Below, in pieces: positions 25,747 through 33,617 of a stretch of DNA of 64,000 nt (position 1 is the stretch's first letter; each line of letters begins with the position of its first letter). The DNA is from an uncultured Pseudomonadota bacterium (GTDB taxonomy: Bacteria > Pseudomonadota > Alphaproteobacteria > Acetobacterales > Acetobacteraceae). A program made the translations under genes and the position numbers. The stretch covers positions 364,949 through 428,948 of the forward strand of contig CAVTQY010000002.1 in NCBI GenBank assembly GCA_963736975.1, in the 5' to 3' direction. The notes under the pieces were generated by a model. It had not been told where the DNA came from. It made no database searches and saw nothing but the letters and a program-made list of their open reading frames with translations.

Positions 25747-26724
25747 ATGCGCCGGCGCCTCGCCGCCCTGATCCTGCTCCTGCCGCTGCTGGGCGGCTGT
25801 GTCGCGCGTTTTGCTCCCGAGGGTCCGATCGTCGAGGCCCCCGCCGAGCGGGCCAACGCCTTCATCATGCCGGACGGCACGCGGCTGCCCTACCGGATCT
25901 GGAAACCGGCCGGCCCGCCGCTGGCGATCGTGCTCGCCCTGCACGGCATGAACGACAGCCGGGATGCCTGGGAGGTTCCGGCCGCCGCCTTCACCGGCGC
26001 CGGGATCGAGATCATCGCGCCGGACCAGCGCGGCTTCGGCGCCACCGCGGCGCGGGGCTACTGGCCGGGAACCGCCACGCTGGTCAGCGACGCGCGCACC
26101 ATGGCGCTGCTCGTCCATGCGCAAAACCCGCACGCAAAGCTGATCATGATGGGCGAGAGCATGGGCGCGGCGGTGCTGATCTGTCTTGCCGCCTCGCCTG
26201 ATCCGCCGCCGGTGGACGGCTATGTGCTGGTCTCCCCCGCGGTCTGGGGGCGCTCGCAGATGAACCTGTTCGAGCGGGTGGGGCTTTGGCTGATGGCGAC
26301 CACGCTGCCCGGCTTCACCGCGACGGGCGAGTTCCTGCACATCGAAGCGAGCAATAACCTTGCCGCAATCGAACGTCTGTCCGCCGATCCGCTGACCATC
26401 CACCACACCCGGTTCGACACGGTGAAGGGGCTGGTCGATCTGATGAGCACGGCGCTGGCAGATGCACCGTATATGCGGAGGCCGGTGCTGTTCCTTTACG
26501 GCGGGAAAGACGAGCTGATCCCCAAGCACGCCGCGCGGGCGGCCTGGCGTGCGCTGCCGCCCGGGGCGCGCATCGCCTACTACCCTCAGGATTACCATCT
26601 GATGCTGCGCGATATCGGCCGGGCGGTGCCGATCGACGATATTCTGACCTGGATCGCCAATCCGGCGGCACCGTTGCCCTCGGGTGCCGGGGAGACGGCG
26701 CGGACCTGGCTGGCGCTGCAATAG
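25747..26724 (+). CDS. Lipoprotein alpha/beta hydrolase (lysophospholipase/monoacylglycerol-lipase-like)
   Basis: Lipobox LLPLLGGC and nucleophile elbow IMMGESMGAAV. The HG motif LALHGMNDS is typical of the lysophospholipase family. Confidence 0.8.
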   Translation: MRRRLAALILLLPLLGGCVARFAPEGPIVEAPAERANAFIMPDGTRLPYRIWKPAGPPLAIVLALHGMNDSRDAWEVPAAAFTGAGIEIIAPDQRGFGATAARGYWPGTATLVSDARTMALLVHAQNPHAKLIMMGESMGAAVLICLAASPDPPPVDGYVLVSPAVWGRSQMNLFERVGLWLMATTLPGFTATGEFLHIEASNNLAAIERLSADPLTIHHTRFDTVKGLVDLMSTALADAPYMRRPVLFLYGGKDELIPKHAARAAWRALPPGARIAYYPQDYHLMLRDIGRAVPIDDILTWIANPAAPLPSGAGETARTWLALQ

Positions 26725-26769
26725 GGAGGCGGCTTCCGTCGCCGGCGGTTTGCCGCTATGAGATGCGCA

Positions 26770-26846
26770 GGACCCGTAGCTCAGTTGGATAGAGCGTCGC
26801 CCTCCGAAGGCGAAGGTCGCACGTTCGAGTCGTGTCGGGTCCGCCA
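26770..26846 (+). tRNA. tRNA-Arg (anticodon CCG)
   Basis: Hand-folded cloverleaf: GGACCCG-TA-GCTC-AGTTGGATA-GAGC-G-TCGCC-CTCCGAA-GGCGA-AGGTC-GCACG-TTCGAGT-CGTGT-CGGGTCC-G-CCA. 77 nt with an encoded CCA. Confidence 0.9.
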
Positions 26847-26938
26847 GCTTCGCGACGCCCCCCGAAAGCGGGCCGGTCCCTCAATATGCGCCAGAGCCTA
26901 TCATTCCCGCATTTCCCATCCAATGCGGGCTTGGTCGG

Positions 26939-28903
26939 TTGGATGCGCCCGAGGCAAATCACATGCACTCCGACACACTGATCCGTCTGTTTTATCGTCA
27001 CTTTCTTGGGCGCTCGCCGGATCCGCCGGGGTTTGCGTCTTTCATGAATCACCTCGAGCAGGGCACGGATCTGCGCGAAATCATCCGTATGTTCGTGGAG
27101 AGCGAGGAATACCACCGGCGCGAAGCCGCACTCGTCCCGCAGGTAATCGATTTCTCGCCGCTGCAGCACCGTCCGATCGTCATCGTCGATGTGGGAGCGC
27201 AGAAGCTCGAGGGCGAGGACCACATCTACACGCCCATTCTGACCTCAGGGCTGGATTGGCGTTGCATCGGTTTTGAGCCTTTGAAGCACCGGCTGGCGAG
27301 TCGCCGCGAAGCAGAGCCGGACCCGCGGATACGGCTTCTGGACGCGTTCATCGGCGATGGATCGGCGCGCACGTTTTACACGAACAACGAGGACGCCACC
27401 TCCTCGCTATTGCCCCTTGCGCTGGAAACTAATGCCGCCTTCACCGGACTTCGCCAGCTTCGGTCGGTGAAGACCACAGAAGTCGAAACTTCTCGCCTGG
27501 ATGACATTCTCGCCCACGAACCGCACATCGACCTGCTGAAGCTGGATATCCAGGGGTTCGAGCTCGAGGCGCTGCGTGGTGCGAAGGACACCCTGCGCCG
27601 GACGAATCTCATCCATTGCGAGGTTTCCTTTTTCCCCATGTACATTGGCTCCGCGCTGTTCGCTGATATCGATCGCTTCCTGCGGGAACAGGGCTTTGAG
27701 TTCCTCGATTTTGTGCATCTGTCCCGCTATGCTTACGCTGATCTCGATCCGGGTGAAGACCGGCTGATTTGGGGCGATGCGGTCTTTTTCCGAAAACTTG
27801 CGGCTGGCCCGAGCGAAGTCGAGGCGGCCTTTGCTCAAGCGGCGTTAGCAACCCTGATTTTCGGCAAATACGGCTTCGCTTCGCACGTCGCCCGAACCGC
27901 TGGAACCGCGGCGCTCGCGGCGTTGTTCGAACGTTCCCCGGCCGACAGCCCCGCGCCCAGCGGAACCCAGCCCAGTGCGCCCGCGAGCCAAAGCCTCGAG
28001 ACGCTTTCTCTCGATCCCCTCGTGCGCGACCCGCGCTTTCGCATTGAAATGACCGCAAGCTGCCGGGATTGCGACAGCATACCAAAGGTGGCGAACGCGG
28101 GAGCGATCCTCGACAGCAGCGGCCGCCGGGCCCAGGTCATGCACAACGGTGTTCTTGTGGTGGCGGGCGGCTATCATGGCGAGTGGATGGCCGAAGTGAT
28201 TAGCAGGCTGCGCGGCCATCACGAGCCGCAGGAGGAACTGGTTTTTCACACCGTTCTCGCGCACATCCCGCTTGAAGCTACGATGATCGAGCTGGGTGGC
28301 TTCTGGTCCTACTACTCGCTCTGGTTCCTGCAACAGGCGCCCTCAATGCGGCGGGCAGTCGTGCTTGAGCCCGATGCGGCTCACCTCCTCATAGGCCGCG
28401 CCAATGCCGAGCTGAACAGCCGCGATCTGACGTTCGTGCACGCTAGTGCCGGCATAGGCTCCCTCCCGCCGCAGCCTTTCCAGACTGAATTGTCCGGGAC
28501 CGCTCTGGTCCCGCAGACCTGCGTGGAGGATCTGATGTCCCATGCCGGCCTCGATGTTCTGGATGTCCTGCATTGCGATACGCAGGGTGCTGAAATCGAC
28601 GTCATCCGCTCATGTGAAGACCTGTTTCGGCAGCACCGGATACGCTTCTGCCTAATATCGACGCATCATATGTCGATTAGCGGGGATCCACTCACGCATC
28701 AGCGTTGTCTCGCCCTGCTTCGCCATTACGGCGGCCGCATTCTGGCCGAGCATGATGTCCATGAGAGCTTCAGTGGTGATGGGCTGATTGCCGCATATTT
28801 CGGCGAGGAACCACTCGACTGGCAAGAGCCGGCGATCAGTCGCAATCGCTATTCCACCAGCCTGTTCGCGAACCCGCTGTTTGATCTCGCAGCTTTGGTA
28901 TAA
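26939..28903 (+). CDS. DUF4214-like N-terminal domain fused to two FkbM-type SAM methyltransferase modules
   Basis: 654 aa. The N-terminus LIRLFYRHFLGRSPDPPGFASFMNHLEQG is DUF4214-like. FkbM-like module 1 is IVIVDVGAQKLEGE...IDLLKLDIQGFELEALRG. Module 2 is MIELGGFWSYYSLWF...LDVLHCDTQGAEIDVIRS. An alternative start lies at 26963. Confidence 0.7.
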   Translation: MDAPEANHMHSDTLIRLFYRHFLGRSPDPPGFASFMNHLEQGTDLREIIRMFVESEEYHRREAALVPQVIDFSPLQHRPIVIVDVGAQKLEGEDHIYTPILTSGLDWRCIGFEPLKHRLASRREAEPDPRIRLLDAFIGDGSARTFYTNNEDATSSLLPLALETNAAFTGLRQLRSVKTTEVETSRLDDILAHEPHIDLLKLDIQGFELEALRGAKDTLRRTNLIHCEVSFFPMYIGSALFADIDRFLREQGFEFLDFVHLSRYAYADLDPGEDRLIWGDAVFFRKLAAGPSEVEAAFAQAALATLIFGKYGFASHVARTAGTAALAALFERSPADSPAPSGTQPSAPASQSLETLSLDPLVRDPRFRIEMTASCRDCDSIPKVANAGAILDSSGRRAQVMHNGVLVVAGGYHGEWMAEVISRLRGHHEPQEELVFHTVLAHIPLEATMIELGGFWSYYSLWFLQQAPSMRRAVVLEPDAAHLLIGRANAELNSRDLTFVHASAGIGSLPPQPFQTELSGTALVPQTCVEDLMSHAGLDVLDVLHCDTQGAEIDVIRSCEDLFRQHRIRFCLISTHHMSISGDPLTHQRCLALLRHYGGRILAEHDVHESFSGDGLIAAYFGEEPLDWQEPAISRNRYSTSLFANPLFDLAALV

Positions 28904-28984
28904 CATCGCCGCCCATCGGCAGAGCGGCGTCACACTGGACGCTCGCGGAAGCCGGTTATGCGGTGCGTCAACAAAGGACAGACC

Positions 28985-31231
28985 ATGTCGGCATGGATGC
29001 CAGCGTTATTCGCGCGTGCACTGCTGCGCGCAATTCCGATGTTCATCATCGCCTGCACCGGCGCGGCAGCGGCGCCATCCTTCACCGAGGCATCCGTACC
29101 CCCGGCAAAGCTGCCGGCCATCTCAGGCACTATGCTGACAGTCAGCCCCGGCGGCCAGTACCCCGATCTCGCTTCCGCATACGCCGCGTCGAAGCCGGGC
29201 GATACGATCATCATCGCCCCCGGCAGCTACACAGGCGGTCAGGCAGCCCGAAATGCGGATGTAACAATCCGCCATGACCTCACGATCAAGTGCCAGCCAG
29301 GCGCAGTTTTCGACAACCCGGCAACGACGATCGACCCAAAGAACCTGAAGGCGGCGAATGTCGCCAAGGGCTATCTCGTTATCGGGAACCAGCGCAATCT
29401 TCCCTTCACGCCCGACGTCCTGATCGATGGCTGCACGTTCCAACATGCTATCAGCTTCAGCTATAACGGCGCCGGCATCCGCTACCAATCGGGCAACCTG
29501 ACCGTGCGGAACTCGACCTTCCGCGACAACCAGATGCATATCCTCGCACCACCCACGGTGACCGGCAGCGGCAACATAACGCTTGAAAAGGATACCTTCC
29601 TCACCGGTGCGTTTGCGGCGACGGGCCTCGGACACGCCCTTTACATCGGCACCGTCAAGTATTTCACCATCGCGAACAGCAAGGTGATCGGCGTCTACGA
29701 CGGCCACGGCGTGAAAACCCGCGCCGCCAACAACCTGATCAAGGACAACACGATCGGCGACGGGCCGGGCGAGGACGGCCAGATGAGTTATCAGATCGAG
29801 GCAGCGGAGAACGGCAACACGATCGCGGAGGGCAACACGTTGGAGAAGGGCCCGCATGCGACGAACTCGGCCTTCATCCAGACCGGAACCCTGGATGGCG
29901 TCGCCTGGCCCGACACCACGATCATCATCAGGAGCAACACCTTCATCGACGACCATGACGGCGAAGGGGCAAACGCCACGGGCCCGATCAGGGCATTGTG
30001 GAATATTTCCCTGACCCATGTGCAGATGACGGGCAACAAGTTCGTCAACATGGCCAGGAGCTTCGATCAGGACGGCAAGAACTGGGCGCTGCAAGGCACC
30101 GTAGATTTCACCGGGAACGTGGACGGAAACCGCAGACCGATTCCCGACGCGCACCTTGTCGGCTACAATTATTCGTGGCGAACCGTGGATTACAGTTCCT
30201 CAACCGGTCCGGTGACCTACACCACGCCGCCCGGCCCTCCTATGACCGTGATCGGCGGCGCTGGCAAGCTCACCTTCAACAATCAGGGCCGCAACTGGAC
30301 GGTGATTTCCGGACCGGGCGGACTCTCGGTGGCCGATACAGGCGGTCGGCTGCGCGTGATCACCGCCGCGGGGTCCAAAAGTATCCTGTCGTTGCTCGGG
30401 TCCTCGCGCTACTCGGGATACGGCGATGACACCGTGACATTCGCCGGCAGAAGCAACGGAACCGGCCCCCGTCCCGGGGGGAACCAGATCTATGGCACGG
30501 CCGCGATCAGCGAGCCGGTCGATTTCGGCCTGGCTGCTTACGCCGTCACTGGTGCCGCGACGATCCACATGGCCGGCGGCACGCGGCACTTCCTGGGCGA
30601 GGTATATCCCGGCGGTTCAATGTCTGTTTCCGGGCCGCTCGGCCCGTCGCTTTCGGTCGGCGAACAGGGCGGTTCGCTCAGCCTCGACGTAACGCAAGCG
30701 GATACCGGCACCGAAAGTATCGCCGACCTGCGCGGCGGCTGCATGTCGGTTCTCCGGGGAGGCAAAGCGGACAACCCGATCACCATCACCGTGATGCCAA
30801 TGGAAGGCGCGGATCTGGCGACCTTCAACCCATCCCCGCGCGGGTTCAGCACCGCACCTGCCATATCCCTTCGTCGTGGCAGCTATCTTATCCACAACTT
30901 CGATCAGCACCTGATCGTGAACGTGTCGAGCGGCGATCAGAGCATCGCTGTTTCCAATGGAGGCAACGAGGCGGTGCCGCGGGAGCGCGCCGTGACGGAA
31001 TTCCGGGTTGATGCCACGGCGAACACCGGCACGACGATGATCACCGCTTTCGCCGGGGGCGGTGCCCGGTTCGCTGATGGTCGATGGGGCAAGGTCACCA
31101 CGTTCCGTCTCAGTTTCTCCGGCTTTACCGGCAACCCCATCGCGGCCGGAGCCGAGACAGGGCCGGATCTGAGGCTCACACTGATCAACGGCAAGACGAT
31201 CGTATTGAAGAACACGCGGGCCGGATCGTAG
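28985..31231 (+). CDS. Secreted right-handed parallel beta-helix repeat protein (pectate-lyase-fold, glycan-active?)
   Basis: ORF 28958..31231 with a signal-like MSAWMPALFARALLRAIPMFIIACTGAAAAPS. Repeated N-rich rungs (GNLTVRNSTFRDNQMHI, NNLIKDNTIGDG, GNTIAEGNTLEKG, IIIRSNTFIDD) are typical of the beta-helix fold. The C-terminal ~350 aa are Gly/Ser/Thr-rich. Confidence 0.7.
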   Translation: MSAWMPALFARALLRAIPMFIIACTGAAAAPSFTEASVPPAKLPAISGTMLTVSPGGQYPDLASAYAASKPGDTIIIAPGSYTGGQAARNADVTIRHDLTIKCQPGAVFDNPATTIDPKNLKAANVAKGYLVIGNQRNLPFTPDVLIDGCTFQHAISFSYNGAGIRYQSGNLTVRNSTFRDNQMHILAPPTVTGSGNITLEKDTFLTGAFAATGLGHALYIGTVKYFTIANSKVIGVYDGHGVKTRAANNLIKDNTIGDGPGEDGQMSYQIEAAENGNTIAEGNTLEKGPHATNSAFIQTGTLDGVAWPDTTIIIRSNTFIDDHDGEGANATGPIRALWNISLTHVQMTGNKFVNMARSFDQDGKNWALQGTVDFTGNVDGNRRPIPDAHLVGYNYSWRTVDYSSSTGPVTYTTPPGPPMTVIGGAGKLTFNNQGRNWTVISGPGGLSVADTGGRLRVITAAGSKSILSLLGSSRYSGYGDDTVTFAGRSNGTGPRPGGNQIYGTAAISEPVDFGLAAYAVTGAATIHMAGGTRHFLGEVYPGGSMSVSGPLGPSLSVGEQGGSLSLDVTQADTGTESIADLRGGCMSVLRGGKADNPITITVMPMEGADLATFNPSPRGFSTAPAISLRRGSYLIHNFDQHLIVNVSSGDQSIAVSNGGNEAVPRERAVTEFRVDATANTGTTMITAFAGGGARFADGRWGKVTTFRLSFSGFTGNPIAAGAETGPDLRLTLINGKTIVLKNTRAGS

Positions 31232-31237
31232 GGTTTG

Positions 31238-32470
31238 TCACGTCGGCCGGACATGCTCCGGCAGAAAGCCGAGCCCGACCAGCCGGGCTGCCAGCCCACG
31301 CAGCGCCGGCACGTTCTGCATCAGCCGCAGCGCGAGCGGCACGGTTGGGGTCGTGTCCGCCGCCAGCACACGGCGGATCACCCGGTTCTGCAGCAGGATC
31401 TGCAATCGCTGCGTCAGCCGCGTCGGTGTCTCCCGCCGGCGCTGCACGGCCTTTAATGTTTCATGCGAAACATGGCCGGCCCGCAGAGCGGGGATCAGGA
31501 TATTGGCTGCCGCGACCGCATCCTGTATCGCCAGGTTGATGCCCACGCCGCCGATCGGCGACATGGCGTGCGCGGCATCGCCGATCAGCAACAGACCGGG
31601 GCGGTGCCATTCGCGCACGCGGTTCACCGCCACGGTCAGCAGCTTCACATCGTCCCAACTGTTGATCTCATCGACGCGATCGGCAAAAGCCGGCACCAGC
31701 CTCGCGATCTCGGCGCGAAACGCCGGCAGGCCCCTTGCATGTATGTCATCCACCGCACCTTTGGCGATCACGAATGCGCATTGCCAGTAATCGCCGCGGT
31801 CGATCGTGATAAAGATCCGCCCGGCGGTGACACGACCCAGTGAAACCTGCGGATCGTCGTTGCGGCGCGGCAGCCGTAGCCATAACACGTCCATCGGTGC
31901 GCCGAGATCGAGCACCCGGAACCCTCCGGCCTCGCGCAAGGTTGAGTGTCGCCCATCGGCCGCGACCACCAGTTCCGCGCTGATCTCCAGCTCACGGTCC
32001 GGCCCGCGGGCACGCAACCCACGCACGCAGCCAGCCGCTTCGATCAGACCCGTCGCCTCTGTCTGCATCAACAAGCGGAAGCTTGGGTAGGCTTTCGCGC
32101 GACTGGCCAGGAAGTCGAGGAAATCCCATTGCGGCATGAGAGCGATGAAGCCGCAGCGCGTCGGCAGATGGGTGAAATCGGCAACCTCCAACACGGTATC
32201 GCCGATCTGCGCGCCGAGCGTTCGTGCCTTGGCGTGCGGGAGCTTCAGCAGGTCGTCGAGCATGCCGAGCTCATGCATGACCTGCAGCGTCGAGGGATGA
32301 ATCGTGTCGCCGCGGAAGTCGCGCAGGAAATCGGCGTGCTTTTCCAGCACGGTCACATCGATACCGGCGCGAGCGAGCAGCAGCCCCAGCATCATGCCGG
32401 CAGGGCCGCCGCCGGCGATGCAGCAACGGGTGGATAGAGCGGCCATCGGGCGAGAGCTTAGCACCGGCAC
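31238..32470 (-). CDS. FAD-dependent monooxygenase/oxidoreductase
   Basis: Dinucleotide-binding motif CCIAGGGPAGMMLGLLLARAGIDVTVLEK, plus LLIGDAAHAMSPIGGVGINLAIQDA (GD motif). Confidence 0.8.
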   Translation of the reverse strand: MPVLSSRPMAALSTRCCIAGGGPAGMMLGLLLARAGIDVTVLEKHADFLRDFRGDTIHPSTLQVMHELGMLDDLLKLPHAKARTLGAQIGDTVLEVADFTHLPTRCGFIALMPQWDFLDFLASRAKAYPSFRLLMQTEATGLIEAAGCVRGLRARGPDRELEISAELVVAADGRHSTLREAGGFRVLDLGAPMDVLWLRLPRRNDDPQVSLGRVTAGRIFITIDRGDYWQCAFVIAKGAVDDIHARGLPAFRAEIARLVPAFADRVDEINSWDDVKLLTVAVNRVREWHRPGLLLIGDAAHAMSPIGGVGINLAIQDAVAAANILIPALRAGHVSHETLKAVQRRRETPTRLTQRLQILLQNRVIRRVLAADTTPTVPLALRLMQNVPALRGLAARLVGLGFLPEHVRPT

Positions 32471-32493
32471 GGGAAGAATGGAGGGGCGTTTTC

Positions 32494-32805
32494 TTACCTC
32501 GTGACACTGCGCAGGAAGGACCGATCCTCGTTCAGGATGCAGCCCGAGGCATCGACGCGGCGAGCCGTCTCGGCGGCGGCGGGATCGGCGGCGAGCTTCT
32601 CCCGATACCGTTCATAGCAAGCGAGGTCGGGAAAATCGATGAGGCCCAGCGCGATGTTGGTCGGGCCGGCGAATTTGGTCGGCAGGTAGTAGTGCGCGGA
32701 GGTGCCGCCGCAGCGCTCGATATGGGCGGGCAAAGCTCGAGCATACGCGTCGAAATCGGCCATTTTGTTGATATCCAGCGTGTAGCGGATGCAGAGGGTG
32801 AACAT
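32494..32805 (-). CDS. NIPSNAP-family protein
   Basis: 103 aa. MFTLCIRYTLDINKMADFDAYARALPAHIERCGG... is a ferredoxin-like dimeric alpha-beta barrel pattern. Confidence 0.7.
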   Translation of the reverse strand: MFTLCIRYTLDINKMADFDAYARALPAHIERCGGTSAHYYLPTKFAGPTNIALGLIDFPDLACYERYREKLAADPAAAETARRVDASGCILNEDRSFLRSVTR

Positions 32806-32902
32806 GCGCTTCTCCCGATCGTTGTGACCGCAGGGAGATGATCCGGGGAGCGGGTCCGGTCGAGTGCGAACGCTTCGGCGCTGACCGAAGCGAGGGAGGC
32901 CT

Positions 32903-33196
32903 AGTGCGCAGTATCAGGGCACGGTGCAGTCCGCCAAGGCGGCGATCGCCACCGACCAGCTCAACATAGCGTACTGCCACATCGTCTCCCCGATTGATGG
33001 GGCGCGTCGGCCTGCGTCTGGTGGATCCCGGCAATTATGTGCAGACCAGCAACACCGCGGGGATCGCCGTCGTCACCCAGTTGCAGCCGATGTCACCTCG
33101 AAGACGCTGCCGCTGATCCAGGTGGAGGATCTCGGTGATACAAGGCTGGCGCAGAAGATATCGCAGCCGCCCGGCGTGGGGCTGGTCAGCATGGGC
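32903..33196 (+). pseudogene. Fused remnants of an RND efflux operon (MdtA-like membrane-fusion fragment + MdtB-like permease fragment)
   Basis: QYQGTVQSAKAAIATDQLNIAYCHIVSPIDG, then (frameshift in the GGGG run at ~32998-33001) RVGLRLVDPGNYVQTSNTAGIAVVTQLQPM, is the centre of an MFP. It is directly joined to IQVEDLGDTRLAQKISQPPGVGLVSMG, which recalls from memory an N-proximal periplasmic-loop segment of MdtB-type RND permeases (not aligned to a reference). Both fragments lack starts and ends. Confidence 0.55.
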
Positions 33197-33420
33197 TCGA
33201 TATCGACGGCCTACGCACCACGCCTGACAATGCCAATGTGGATGATCCGAAGGGCAGCGTCTACGGAGTTGGCTTCGAGCGGGAGGCCCGTGCGGGTGGC
33301 GTAGCGGCGTTCGATGTTCTCGATGTGTTTCACGTGAAACGTTCGTAAATAAACAGTAAACGAGGCGCTGGTATAAGGGCTCGTGCGCCGGTCCGATTAT
33401 CTGGGCGTAGCTGCCGCGAG

Positions 33421-33548
33421 GTTGTACAACAAGGCGTTTCGGGGCGATGCGCGTTGTACAACGGGGCATTTTGGGGCGCCGTCGGTTGTACAACAGGGCT
33501 TTTTGGGGCATGGCCAGTTGCACAACAGGGCTAAAATCGGGTGCGCCA
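33421..33548. repeat. Four tandem 32-bp iteron-like repeats, each starting with the 10-bp palindrome GTTGTACAAC
   Basis: The units start at 33421, 33453, 33485 and 33517, an exact 32-bp register. They read GTTGTACAACAAGGCGTTTCGGGGCGATGCGC / GTTGTACAACGGGGCATTTTGGGGCGCCGTCG / GTTGTACAACAGGGCTTTTTGGGGCATGGCCA / GTTGCACAACAGGGCTAAAATCGGGTGCGCCA. Confidence 0.9.
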
Positions 33549-33617
33549 GATGTACGTTTGGACGGCTGATCGTCTCGGATTTGAGCTAAGAGTTAGGCAC
33601 CGCTAAATTTTTGGGGA

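Noticed and set aside
33421-33548. The tandem array considered as a mini CRISPR locus.
   Set aside because: The period is only 32 bp, about 25 of which are conserved, so there are no spacers of plausible length. No cas genes or leader are present, and the units look like iterons or operators instead.
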